Position numbers and translations under genes: made by a program
From: Bacteroidota bacterium
Lineage (GTDB): Bacteria > Bacteroidota > Ignavibacteria > UBA10030 > SZUA-254
Length of the DNA stretch: 64,000 nucleotides
NCBI GenBank assembly: GCA_035495255.1
Contig: DATJGD010000074.1
Location: forward strand, 318 to 64,317
Reading direction: 5' to 3'
Notes under the pieces: generated by a model
Database searches by the model: none
What the model was told of the DNA's origin: nothing
Seen by the model: the letters and a program-made list of their open reading frames with translations, nothing else
In this document: piece by piece, positions 27,390 through 36,873 of the stretch
Numbering within the stretch: position 1 is the stretch's first letter
Layout: each line of letters opens with the position of its first letter

Positions 27390-28207
27390 TGTCCGGCAAG
27401 AAAATTAAAATCCTGCACCTCGATGACGAAGACTGCCTTTTGAAGCTTACAGTGGATGAACTTCGGAACGAAGGTTATGACGCGCATGGAATGGATCTGA
27501 AGCGGCAGGGATTTGCCTGGATCATTGAGAATAAGCCGGATCTTGTGTTATCAGATATTAATGCGCCGGAGATAGATGGGTTTACATTTTTGCGCATGCT
27601 GAGATCAGATCCGCGAACGAGAGATACGAAGGTCATTATGATTACTGGAATGTCCGACCTCAAGACTGCGTATGAAGCTGTACAACTTGGCGCCATAGAT
27701 TTTGTATCCAAACCATTTGATTTCAAAGATCTATTCAAAGTTATCGAGCGAGCACTAGCGACACCTTTTGTATATACGCCGACCTCGACCAAGCCGGTCG
27801 CGACAGAGTTGGTTGTTCCCAAGCCGATTTCAAAGAAAAAACTTGTCATAGTGGAGAAGCAGGGAAGCTGGCTTAGGTCGATCTGCGATCGCCTTGGAGA
27901 GGAAAACTACCAGCTAACGCTTGTCAATTCATTTGAAGAATTGCTGTCGCTTCATCTTGCCGAATACAATCTTACAGTTCTTGGCGGACACCAATTTGGA
28001 AAACGCGACGCCTTGCCCGAACTGGTGAGTTATCTTAAAGCGCGTTACCCGAAGATGGATGTCATTGTTGTTTCTGCGCGTGCCGAAATTCGTCATGTCA
28101 CAGGATCTGCTGATGGGGATTCCGAAGCCGCCGTCGCGGTGCCGTATGATCTCGAGCTTATCGTTAAGTCGCTCGAGAGAATGCTGGCGAATTCCCCGGC
28201 AGTGTAA
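27389..28207 (+). CDS. response regulator with an N-terminal receiver and a C-terminal receiver-like domain lacking the acceptor Asp
   Basis: KILHLDDED, PDLVLSDINAPEIDG, IMITGMS, DFVSKPFD; second half (KKKLVIVEKQG..VIVVSARAE) is receiver-like without a conserved Asp; TAATG overlap with the previous gene. Confidence 0.75.
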   Translation: MSGKKIKILHLDDEDCLLKLTVDELRNEGYDAHGMDLKRQGFAWIIENKPDLVLSDINAPEIDGFTFLRMLRSDPRTRDTKVIMITGMSDLKTAYEAVQLGAIDFVSKPFDFKDLFKVIERALATPFVYTPTSTKPVATELVVPKPISKKKLVIVEKQGSWLRSICDRLGEENYQLTLVNSFEELLSLHLAEYNLTVLGGHQFGKRDALPELVSYLKARYPKMDVIVVSARAEIRHVTGSADGDSEAAVAVPYDLELIVKSLERMLANSPAV

Positions 28208-28255
28208 CAGCGTTTGATCCCTGCCCGCCACGGGCGGGAATAGTAACTATCAAGA

Positions 28256-28309
28256 GAAGGTTTCCCTCGGCGCGTAATCTGCCCGCTGAAGGAAACCTTC
28301 TGCGTTTTT
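28256..28309 (+). terminator. putative Rho-independent terminator after the receiver gene cluster
   Basis: GAAGGTTTCC...GGAAACCTTC 10-bp perfect stem (long 25-nt loop) followed by TGCGTTTTT. Confidence 0.45.
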
Positions 28310-28343
28310 GCCGCCTTCCCCAAAAATATATTTCCCAAACCCC

Positions 28344-28372
28344 TTGACAAGTCAATGGGAATTTATTATAAT
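28344..28372 (+). promoter_or_regulatory. lexA promoter, perfect sigma70 consensus TTGACA-N17-TATAAT
   Basis: TTGACA 28344-28349, 17-nt spacer, TATAAT 28367-28372. Confidence 0.6.
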
Positions 28373-28373
28373 A

Positions 28374-28391
28374 GGTATACGTTTGTATACC
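28374..28391 (+). promoter_or_regulatory. candidate LexA operator: perfect inverted repeat GGTATAC-GTTT-GTATACC
   Basis: IR begins 2 nt after the -10 hexamer, covering the predicted +1 of lexA, 18 nt before the lexA ATG. Confidence 0.45.
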
Positions 28392-28408
28392 TATACAGGA
28401 AAGGGCCT

Positions 28409-29047
28409 ATGGCTGAAGAATTAACAAATAGACAGCGCAAAATACTCGAGTTTATTCAGGCATTTATGCAGAAAAACGGCTTCCCGCCGTCAGTACGCGA
28501 AATCGGGGCGAAAATGAATATTGCCTCTCCCCGGGGAGTTGCCAAGCATCTCGAGGCCTTGGAGCGAAAAGGGCACATCCGGCGAAGCGCCGGCATGCAG
28601 CGCGGTCTTAAAGTTAATAACGTCGCCATCGGCAAGGAAACCCCCATTCTCGGCAGGATCGCAGCAGGCAAGCCCCTCACCGCCGTGGAAAACCTGGAAG
28701 GCTCGATGATGCTCGATTCCGCATTTTCGAAGCTCGGCCCGACATTCCTCCTCAAAGTCAAAGGAGAAAGCATGAAAGACGCGGGCATTTTCGACGGTGA
28801 CCTCGTCCTTGTGCGCCAGCAGCAGACAGCGGAGCAGGGAGACATCGTGGCAGCCCTTCTCAATGAAGAAGCGACTGTAAAGTATTTCAAGAAAAAGAAA
28901 GAAACGATCTCTCTCGAGCCGGCAAACGAAGCATTCCGGCCGATCGTCGTGCAGCCGCATGACCAGTTCGCCATCGCCGGCAAAGTCATCGCCGCGATCC
29001 GGGTGCTGGATACTACAGTTGTCAATGCGATGTATGGAAAGAATTGA
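28409..29047 (+). CDS. lexA: LexA repressor (S24 peptidase, SOS regulator)
   Basis: N-terminal winged HTH (LTNRQRKILEFI..PSVREIG), Ala-Gly cleavage site (IAAGKPL), catalytic Ser (VKGESMKDAGI) and Lys (TVKYFKKK). Confidence 0.92.
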   Translation: MAEELTNRQRKILEFIQAFMQKNGFPPSVREIGAKMNIASPRGVAKHLEALERKGHIRRSAGMQRGLKVNNVAIGKETPILGRIAAGKPLTAVENLEGSMMLDSAFSKLGPTFLLKVKGESMKDAGIFDGDLVLVRQQQTAEQGDIVAALLNEEATVKYFKKKKETISLEPANEAFRPIVVQPHDQFAIAGKVIAAIRVLDTTVVNAMYGKN

Positions 29048-29117
29048 TTAAGGGTGACAGCCCGTTAACTATGAAAATCAAAGAACAATCGACGAATCAA
29101 CTACAAAGGAGCAGGTT

Positions 29118-30038
29118 ATGAGCAAGATCTATATTGGCATGGGCGGGTGGGAGCTGCATCCCTTCAATCAGTATTTTTATCCTCCGAAACCTAAAAAGGG
29201 TTTCCGGAAGCTGGAGTTCTACAGCCAGTTCTTCGACAGCATCGAAGTCAACGTGTCGTTTTATAATACGGCGCTGACGCAGGTGCATTCCCGCAGGTGG
29301 CTGCAGGATGTTTCGGCAAATAAAGAATTCATGTTTACGGTAAAGCTGTTCCAGGGGTTCACGCACACTTTCGACGCGACGACACAGGACGTTCAAGGCG
29401 TGCATAAGCTCCTCGAGCCTCTTGCCGCCGAAGGAAAGCTGGGCGGGCTTCTCATGCAGTTCCCCTACTCGTTCACGAATCTCGGAGAACGCAGGAGATA
29501 TCTGGCGCAGCTGAGCAAGGTATTTCATCAGTACAGGCTGTTCGTCGAACTGCGGCACAACTCGTGGAACAGTCCGGCAACGTACAACTTCCTCCAGGAG
29601 CACAAACTCCATCTGGTCAACGTCGATCTCCCCCAGGTTAACCGGAACATGCCACTTACCGCCCTCTCATGGAACGGCGCGGCATACTTCCGCATGATGG
29701 GAAGAAATGTTGATACCTGGAACAATCCCTGGAAGCTGGAGGAAGATAACGAACACGTGGTCGGCAACCGCTACAACTACTCTTATTCCGAGCGCGAGCT
29801 GGAATTACTGCTCTATTATATCAAGAAGGTAAGTTCTGCGAACACGAATGTCTATGTGGTATTTCACAACGACCCTGAGGCGAATTCGCTGATCAATGGG
29901 TTTCAGCTGCGGCATCTCGCACGGCATAACCACCGGGTGCTGGTACCACAGAACCTTATCCGCAAGTATCCTGATCTGAAACATATCAGCTCAGAGGTGA
30001 ATGTCAACCACAAGCTGTTCGCCGAGGTGGAGGCTTAG
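29118..30038 (+). CDS. DUF72 (UPF0759/YecE-like) family protein
   Basis: YIGMGGWELHPFNQYFYPP..KLEFYSQFFDSIEVNVSFYNTALTQVHSRRW matches the DUF72 N-terminal signature (IGTSGW..WY..LEYYA..F..VEVN.TFY). Confidence 0.75.
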   Translation: MSKIYIGMGGWELHPFNQYFYPPKPKKGFRKLEFYSQFFDSIEVNVSFYNTALTQVHSRRWLQDVSANKEFMFTVKLFQGFTHTFDATTQDVQGVHKLLEPLAAEGKLGGLLMQFPYSFTNLGERRRYLAQLSKVFHQYRLFVELRHNSWNSPATYNFLQEHKLHLVNVDLPQVNRNMPLTALSWNGAAYFRMMGRNVDTWNNPWKLEEDNEHVVGNRYNYSYSERELELLLYYIKKVSSANTNVYVVFHNDPEANSLINGFQLRHLARHNHRVLVPQNLIRKYPDLKHISSEVNVNHKLFAEVEA

Positions 30039-30766
30039 TCCTCCTCCTCGATCGGCGTGAGGCATTCGGGAACATCGTTCTTCGAATTGCTGACGAGGCG
30101 TGAAACGAGGTAGGCTTTCATCTTTTTTGCAGGATACGGCGCGAGGAGTTTTTTGAGTTTATCAGTTTCCTTGTAATCCCGGTCGAGCCATTGCTCGAAG
30201 TTTTTTTCCTCGAGGATGACAGGCATTCGGTTATGGATTGGAGCCATCAACGTATTGGGTTCCGTCGTGATGATGGAAAAGGTGGGAAATTCTTCTTCCG
30301 TTTTCGGATTTTTCCAGACGGAAAAGAGTCCTGCGAACATGAACGGTTGTTCGTCGGCCATGCGGATACAGACAGGCTGTTTTTCGACGATCTCTTTCGT
30401 CTTCCCTTTCACTTCCTTGGTGGTTGTGAGTTTCTTCCATTCGTAGAACGCTTCGGCGGGAACGAGGCAGCGGCTTCCTTTGAAATACACTTTCCAGAGG
30501 TTGCTCGTATCAAGAGATTCCGCCTTTGCGTTGAACGCGCTGAACCCGGGCTTGTTCTCTTTCGACCAGTGCGGAATAAGCCACCACTGCATCGCCTGGA
30601 TGGCATCTTCGCCGTTGCGCTGGGCGACAACCGGCATCTTCTGCATCGGCGAAGCGTTGTACCGGGGCAGCATCTCAAAGACCTGGCCCATCTGCCGCAT
30701 TTTTTTCATCTGCTCGAACGTCAAAAATACCTTTTTGGCGTTCACGAGCGCGTAACGTCCACACAT
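30035..30766 (-). CDS. SOS response-associated peptidase (SRAP/YedK/HMCES family, abasic-site DNA-protein crosslinking)
   Basis: protein begins MCGRYAL (catalytic Cys2 after Met removal), 244 aa, conserved ..WK..T.. and ..NMP..L.. motifs; start ATG at 30766. Confidence 0.85.
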   Translation of the reverse strand: MCGRYALVNAKKVFLTFEQMKKMRQMGQVFEMLPRYNASPMQKMPVVAQRNGEDAIQAMQWWLIPHWSKENKPGFSAFNAKAESLDTSNLWKVYFKGSRCLVPAEAFYEWKKLTTTKEVKGKTKEIVEKQPVCIRMADEQPFMFAGLFSVWKNPKTEEEFPTFSIITTEPNTLMAPIHNRMPVILEEKNFEQWLDRDYKETDKLKKLLAPYPAKKMKAYLVSRLVSNSKNDVPECLTPIEEED

Positions 30767-30809
30767 ATGTCTATAATATACGCATTGGCAGCCTAAGAAT
30801 CGATAGTGT

Positions 30810-31433
30810 ATGATACCCATCCCGTTAACATCGCACACGCTGACGCGATCGCTGCTGCGGCCCGCCGGCAACATGTCGCTCGTCTACGGAGACTCGCTCG
30901 TATTCCGTCTCTCCATGATCACTGCGGCGGAATTGCTGGCGAGCGGCGGAACCATCGCCGTCGTCGACGGCTGCAACAGGTTCGACCTTCACGCAATTAC
31001 AAAGTACGCCCGCGAGCGGAAACTCGATCCGCATCCCCTGCTCGACCGCGTCTTCGTGTCCCGCGGATTTACCTGCTACCAGATGGAAGCGGCCGTAACG
31101 ACCAAGCTTCCCGAGTTTCTTTTCCGGCATAACGGACAGACCGCGATGATCTTCGGCCTTCTCGATACGTTCTACGACGAACAGGTGTCCTTGCAGGAAG
31201 TTCAGCACATCCTTCAACGCGTCCTCCGTGCCCTCGACGAAATGAAACAGAAAAATATTTCCATCCTCCTCGCCTGCACGGAGTGGAACGTGCATCCGAA
31301 GGAGCGCAACATGCTCTTCGACCACCTGAAAAACGGCATGGACCGCATCTACCGGCTCGTGAGGGACGAAGCAGAGCAGCCGAAACTGTTTCTTGAAGAA
31401 CAATATCCGGTACAGCTGCAGAAGAGCGCCTAA
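30810..31433 (+). CDS. ImuA/SulA-like RecA-fold protein (no Walker A)
   Basis: 207 aa; ELLASGGTIAVVDGCNRFDLHAI...AMIFGLLDTFYDE...ISILLAC resembles the inactive RecA/KaiC-like core of ImuA/SulA proteins; divergent from SRAP and directly upstream of a polymerase gene. Confidence 0.4.
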   Translation: MIPIPLTSHTLTRSLLRPAGNMSLVYGDSLVFRLSMITAAELLASGGTIAVVDGCNRFDLHAITKYARERKLDPHPLLDRVFVSRGFTCYQMEAAVTTKLPEFLFRHNGQTAMIFGLLDTFYDEQVSLQEVQHILQRVLRALDEMKQKNISILLACTEWNVHPKERNMLFDHLKNGMDRIYRLVRDEAEQPKLFLEEQYPVQLQKSA

Positions 31434-31714
31434 TGGGCAGAACCGTACCGACATTTACGAATATCATCGATGCCGAGCTGGCGTCATGGGGAAAGTACCG
31501 CCGGGGATTGCGAAAGAAGGACCAGGAGACGTTCGACGAGATGTTCCGCGCCGCGAAACAGCATCTCGCCGAAAACTTTTACGCGATGCGCACGATCCCG
31601 TTCGAAAGCATCATCGTCTCGCTCGTCCTGGAACAGCACAAGCGCATCAAACAACTTGAACAACGGGTGGCGGAATTAAAAAATGACGCAAACGATCAAC
31701 GGATGGCTCTTTGA
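31433..31714 (+). CDS. small hypothetical protein (93 aa) translationally coupled between the ImuA-like and polymerase genes
   Basis: TAATG overlap with the upstream gene, 32-nt overlap with the polymerase start; C-terminal coiled-coil-like KQLEQRVAELKNDANDQ. Confidence 0.35.
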   Translation: MGRTVPTFTNIIDAELASWGKYRRGLRKKDQETFDEMFRAAKQHLAENFYAMRTIPFESIIVSLVLEQHKRIKQLEQRVAELKNDANDQRMAL

Positions 31715-34004
31715 CATCTATCCCGCCCCCTCGGGGGTCACGCTCTGGTTCATCGACACGAACGGAAATAAACATTGCTGTTTCCGCACGTTCACCCCTT
31801 CATTTTTTCTCCATGTCGATGCCAACGACGCGCGCCGGGCCGAAGTCCTCGGGCAGCGGTGCCCTGTACCGGTAACATTCCAGAAGACGAGCCGGCAGGA
31901 GCTCTTCTCCGGCGAATGGCGGGACGTCGTGCAGGTTTTCGTGCACAACCCGATGCGGTTCCGGCAGGCGGTGATCTATTATGAACGTTTCTTTCCGCAT
32001 TTCGCGCTCTACAATTCAGACATCCGTGTCGAGCAGTTGTTTCTCTACGAAACGCAGCTCTTCCCTCTGGGCTACGGCGATTACCTCGTCGATGAAAAAG
32101 GGGAACTGACCGGCTGGACCTTGCGCGACTCCCGGGACGCGGTGGAGTACACCCTCCCGCCCCTCTCGATGATGATGATCCGGAACGCGAACGATTTTGT
32201 CCCTCCGAAATACCAGAGATTTCTCCAGCTTGAGGTGATGTACGACGGCATGACCTACGCGCTCGAGCAGGAGACTCCGGTCGAGATGCTCGAAGCGCTC
32301 AACGGGCACATCTACAGATACGACCCCGACATTATCCTCACGGAGTACGGAGATCCCGTGCTCATGCCGAAAATCACCCAGATGGCGCACCGTTATAACG
32401 TCCCACTTTTATTTAACAGGGACCTGCGCGCCACCTATAAAGTTTCCCGCGAATCGAGCTTCTTCCAGTACGGGAAGGTCGTCCACAAGGACGGCGCGTT
32501 CGAGCTGCGGGGGCGGTGGCACGTCGACGCAAATAACTCATTTACTATTATCGAATCAGACCTGGAAGGTTTATATGAACTCATTCGTGTCACGCAGCTT
32601 TGTCCGCAGCACCAGGCCCGCGCCTCGATCGGCACGGGTCTCTCTTCCCTTCAGCTTTCCTGGGCATACCGCAACAAGGTCCTCATTCCCTCGAAGAAAC
32701 GGGAACCGGAAGAATTCAAGCCTGCCTCCCTCTTATTACTTGCCGACCGTGGCGGTCTCATTTATATGCCGCCCCTCGGATATCACGAAGAGGTCGCCGA
32801 GCTCGATTTTGCTTCGATGTACCCTTCCATTATGGTGACGCAGAACGTCTCGCCGGAAACGGTGAACTGCCGGTGCTGCCATAACAGTGCGGTGCCGGAG
32901 CTCGGGTACACGATCTGCGAGCGCCGGGAAGGGATCATTCCGGCGACATTACGCTCGATCGTCGAAAAGCGGGCATACTATAAGCAGCGGAAAAAAGAAT
33001 TCAAGGGGAAGAACCCGTTGCTGTATAACATGTACGACCGCCGGCAGAATTCATTGAAGTGGATGCTCGTCAGCTGTTTCGGATACCTGGGTTACAAGAA
33101 CGCGCGGTTCGGAAGGATCGAGGCGCATGAATCTGTCAACGCCTTCTCGCGCGACGCCATCCTCACCGCAAAAGAAATCGCCGAAGAGCGCGGCTACGAG
33201 CTTCTCCACGCGATCATCGATTGCATGTGGCTGAAAAAAGAAGGGGCGACGGAACAGGACTACCTGGACCTCTGCCGGGAAATTGCCGAACGTGTAAACA
33301 TCCAGATTTCTCTCGAAGGCATCTACGATTGGATTCTTTTTCCGTCGTCGAAGATGGACGCGGGAATGCCCACCGGCACGCGGTACGTGGGATGGTACCA
33401 TCACGGGGACATCAAAATACGGGGAATAGAATCGCGCCGCCGTGATACGCCGAAGTTCATCAAGAACATGCAGGCTGCGATGCTCGACCATATGTCGGCA
33501 GCCCGCCGCACCTCCGAACTTGAAGCGATCGTCCCCGAGCTGCTGGATGTTGCCCGCGAGCATGTCATGGTCCTTCGGAGCGGCAAAGCAAATCCGATGG
33601 AGCTTGTCTTGCGGCGGCATATCACGAAGGAAGCAGAAGAATACTCGAACAACAGCATCAGCGCCACAGTCACGCAGATGCTCGAAGAGTGCGGCGTTCA
33701 CCTCGCCGCCGGCGAGCTCATCGAGTTTATTATCATCGACGCGACCGGAAAGAAGCAGCCGGATAAGGCCAAACCGCTTTCCCTCTATGCGTTTGAGGAC
33801 GGGTACGATATCGAGAAGTATACCGAACTGGCGCTCAAAGCGGTCGAAACGCTCCTCAGCCCGTTCGGTTATTCGTACGAGCGGCTGCAGGAGGAGTTCG
33901 ACTGCACGCCGAAGAAAAAGCGCAGAATACAACTCAAAAAGGTGGAACCTTCTGAGTTAACTCTCTTTCACGAGCTGCAGAACACGGGGACGGAAAGAGC
34001 CTAA
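31683..34004 (+). CDS. polB: family B DNA polymerase, E. coli Pol II-like, predicted exonuclease-deficient
   Basis: N-terminus LWFIDTNG parallels Pol II SFWLATDNG; motif A DFASMYPSIM, motif B KWMLVSCFGYLGYKNARFG, KxY-like TRYVGWY, motif C replaced by LLHAIIDCMWL; Exo I position reads LSMMMIRNAND instead of (S)IDIETT, Exo III YELIR instead of YxxxD. Confidence 0.85.
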   Translation: MTQTINGWLFDIYPAPSGVTLWFIDTNGNKHCCFRTFTPSFFLHVDANDARRAEVLGQRCPVPVTFQKTSRQELFSGEWRDVVQVFVHNPMRFRQAVIYYERFFPHFALYNSDIRVEQLFLYETQLFPLGYGDYLVDEKGELTGWTLRDSRDAVEYTLPPLSMMMIRNANDFVPPKYQRFLQLEVMYDGMTYALEQETPVEMLEALNGHIYRYDPDIILTEYGDPVLMPKITQMAHRYNVPLLFNRDLRATYKVSRESSFFQYGKVVHKDGAFELRGRWHVDANNSFTIIESDLEGLYELIRVTQLCPQHQARASIGTGLSSLQLSWAYRNKVLIPSKKREPEEFKPASLLLLADRGGLIYMPPLGYHEEVAELDFASMYPSIMVTQNVSPETVNCRCCHNSAVPELGYTICERREGIIPATLRSIVEKRAYYKQRKKEFKGKNPLLYNMYDRRQNSLKWMLVSCFGYLGYKNARFGRIEAHESVNAFSRDAILTAKEIAEERGYELLHAIIDCMWLKKEGATEQDYLDLCREIAERVNIQISLEGIYDWILFPSSKMDAGMPTGTRYVGWYHHGDIKIRGIESRRRDTPKFIKNMQAAMLDHMSAARRTSELEAIVPELLDVAREHVMVLRSGKANPMELVLRRHITKEAEEYSNNSISATVTQMLEECGVHLAAGELIEFIIIDATGKKQPDKAKPLSLYAFEDGYDIEKYTELALKAVETLLSPFGYSYERLQEEFDCTPKKKRRIQLKKVEPSELTLFHELQNTGTERA

Positions 34005-34099
34005 GCGGCAAAATGTCCGGACGTACCAAACCCTTTCGAATTCGGCATTCCCCCAAAGATGCGTGTGAATCCTACCCCTGATGAACCTATGTTGTTGAG

Positions 34100-34321
34100 T
34101 TAGTTCTGGAAGATCTTCATCGCCTCATCGATCGCGTCACGAAACTGATCGATCTGGGTGTCGAAAACCATGATGCTCGAACGGGTGAACTTCGTTTCAC
34201 CCTCCTTCGGCGGCTTGCTCTCCGAAATCGTCATATACTTCGACTTGTTTTTAGCCTCTTTGACGTCGAAAAAATACGTCCTGCCTCCCGCCTTGAGCGA
34301 GCGTGAAAATAATGCGTCCAT
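34100..34321 (-). CDS. DUF3276 (PUR-alpha-like nucleic-acid-binding) family protein, short form
   Basis: GGRTYFFDVKEAKNKSKYMTISESK matches the RTYFFDV..YL.ITESK core of DUF3276. Confidence 0.5.
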   Translation of the reverse strand: MDALFSRSLKAGGRTYFFDVKEAKNKSKYMTISESKPPKEGETKFTRSSIMVFDTQIDQFRDAIDEAMKIFQN

Positions 34322-34497
34322 ACTGCCTCCAGAATGATAAGTAAATTTAGATAACGGCTTGCGGCCGCTGGTGTGATGAATCGATAGGACATAAGGTGAA
34401 GAACGTATAGCGCTTCTACGCTTCGGGAGAGGAGCCCTGGGTGTTACAGCTAGGTTATGCGAAAAAGATAGTGAATTACTTTTGTGATGTCAAGCCC

Positions 34498-34531
34498 ATA
34501 AAAAAGAAAATCCCGACTCGAAAGAGTCGGG
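34498..34531 (-). terminator. Rho-independent terminator downstream of groEL
   Basis: on the minus strand, hairpin CCCGACTCTTTCGAGTCGGG followed by ATTTTCTTTTTT; a second hairpin with the same stem (GTCCCGACT..AGTCGGGAC) lies at 34551-34572. Confidence 0.6.
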
Positions 34532-34587
34532 ACTTCCTGGACTGACGAGCTGTCCCGACTATGCAGTCGGGACAAGCAGTCGGTTTC

Positions 34588-36237
<1,650 letters not shown>

Positions 36238-36275
36238 TCAATTATTCTGTAATGATTCTGCGTTCGATGAGTTAA

Positions 36276-36557
36276 TTATACTTTTGCGAAAATGTCGCTC
36301 TCGCGCATGATCAGGAATTCCTGACCATCGAGGGTGACTTCGGTTCCGGAGTACTTTCCGTAGAGAACCTTGTCTCCGACTTTCAATTCCGTTTCAAAAA
36401 ACTTTCCGTCGTCTCGTTTGCCCGGTCCAACGGCGACAACTTCACCGACCACAGGCTTTTCTTTCGCTGTGTCCGGCAGAATGATTCCACCTTTCGTCTT
36501 CTCCTCAGCGGGTGAAGGCTTAATGATCACGCGGTCGGACAATGGATTGATTTTCAT
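36276..36557 (-). CDS. groS: co-chaperonin GroES (Cpn10)
   Basis: [41 protein letters not shown]; 50 nt upstream of groEL. Confidence 0.95.
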   Translation of the reverse strand: MKINPLSDRVIIKPSPAEEKTKGGIILPDTAKEKPVVGEVVAVGPGKRDDGKFFETELKVGDKVLYGKYSGTEVTLDGQEFLIMRESDIFAKV

Positions 36558-36873
36558 AGGTAACTCTCCTTAAAAAGTGCCAAAATTGAATGAAATTACT
36601 GGATTAAGCTTGAAAGGATGGGGAAACCCCCGTTTGGAATCCTTAAATATAGCCTATTTCTGTCAGAAAACCAAGCAGGTACCGAACCCGCGTTCGTTTC
36701 TTCGTCCATTCAAAATATCAAACTGCATGCCAAGGAATCATGAAAAAATCTCGCGAAAGAAAAGCGATTTGAAGGATATTTTTGGTGGGTAAATTCTGCC
36801 AATCGACGTTTTGTCAGTTCCTTGTTGAACTGGCGAAACGGTACCGTCATTCTGTCGCTTAACCTGTCAGCAA

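Noticed and set aside
30767-30809. Possible second LexA box in the SRAP/ImuA-like divergent spacer
   Set aside because: Only loose resemblance (ATATAC..GTGTAT) to the GGTATAC-N4-GTATACC palindrome at lexA. It cannot be supported by eye and needs a PWM scan.
36608-36640. CTTGAAA..CCCC sigma32-like element near groES
   Set aside because: It is on the plus strand while groES/groEL are on the minus strand. The -10 portion does not match CCCCATNT. No CIRCE (TTAGCACTC-N9-GAGTGCTAA) element was found anywhere in 36558..36873.
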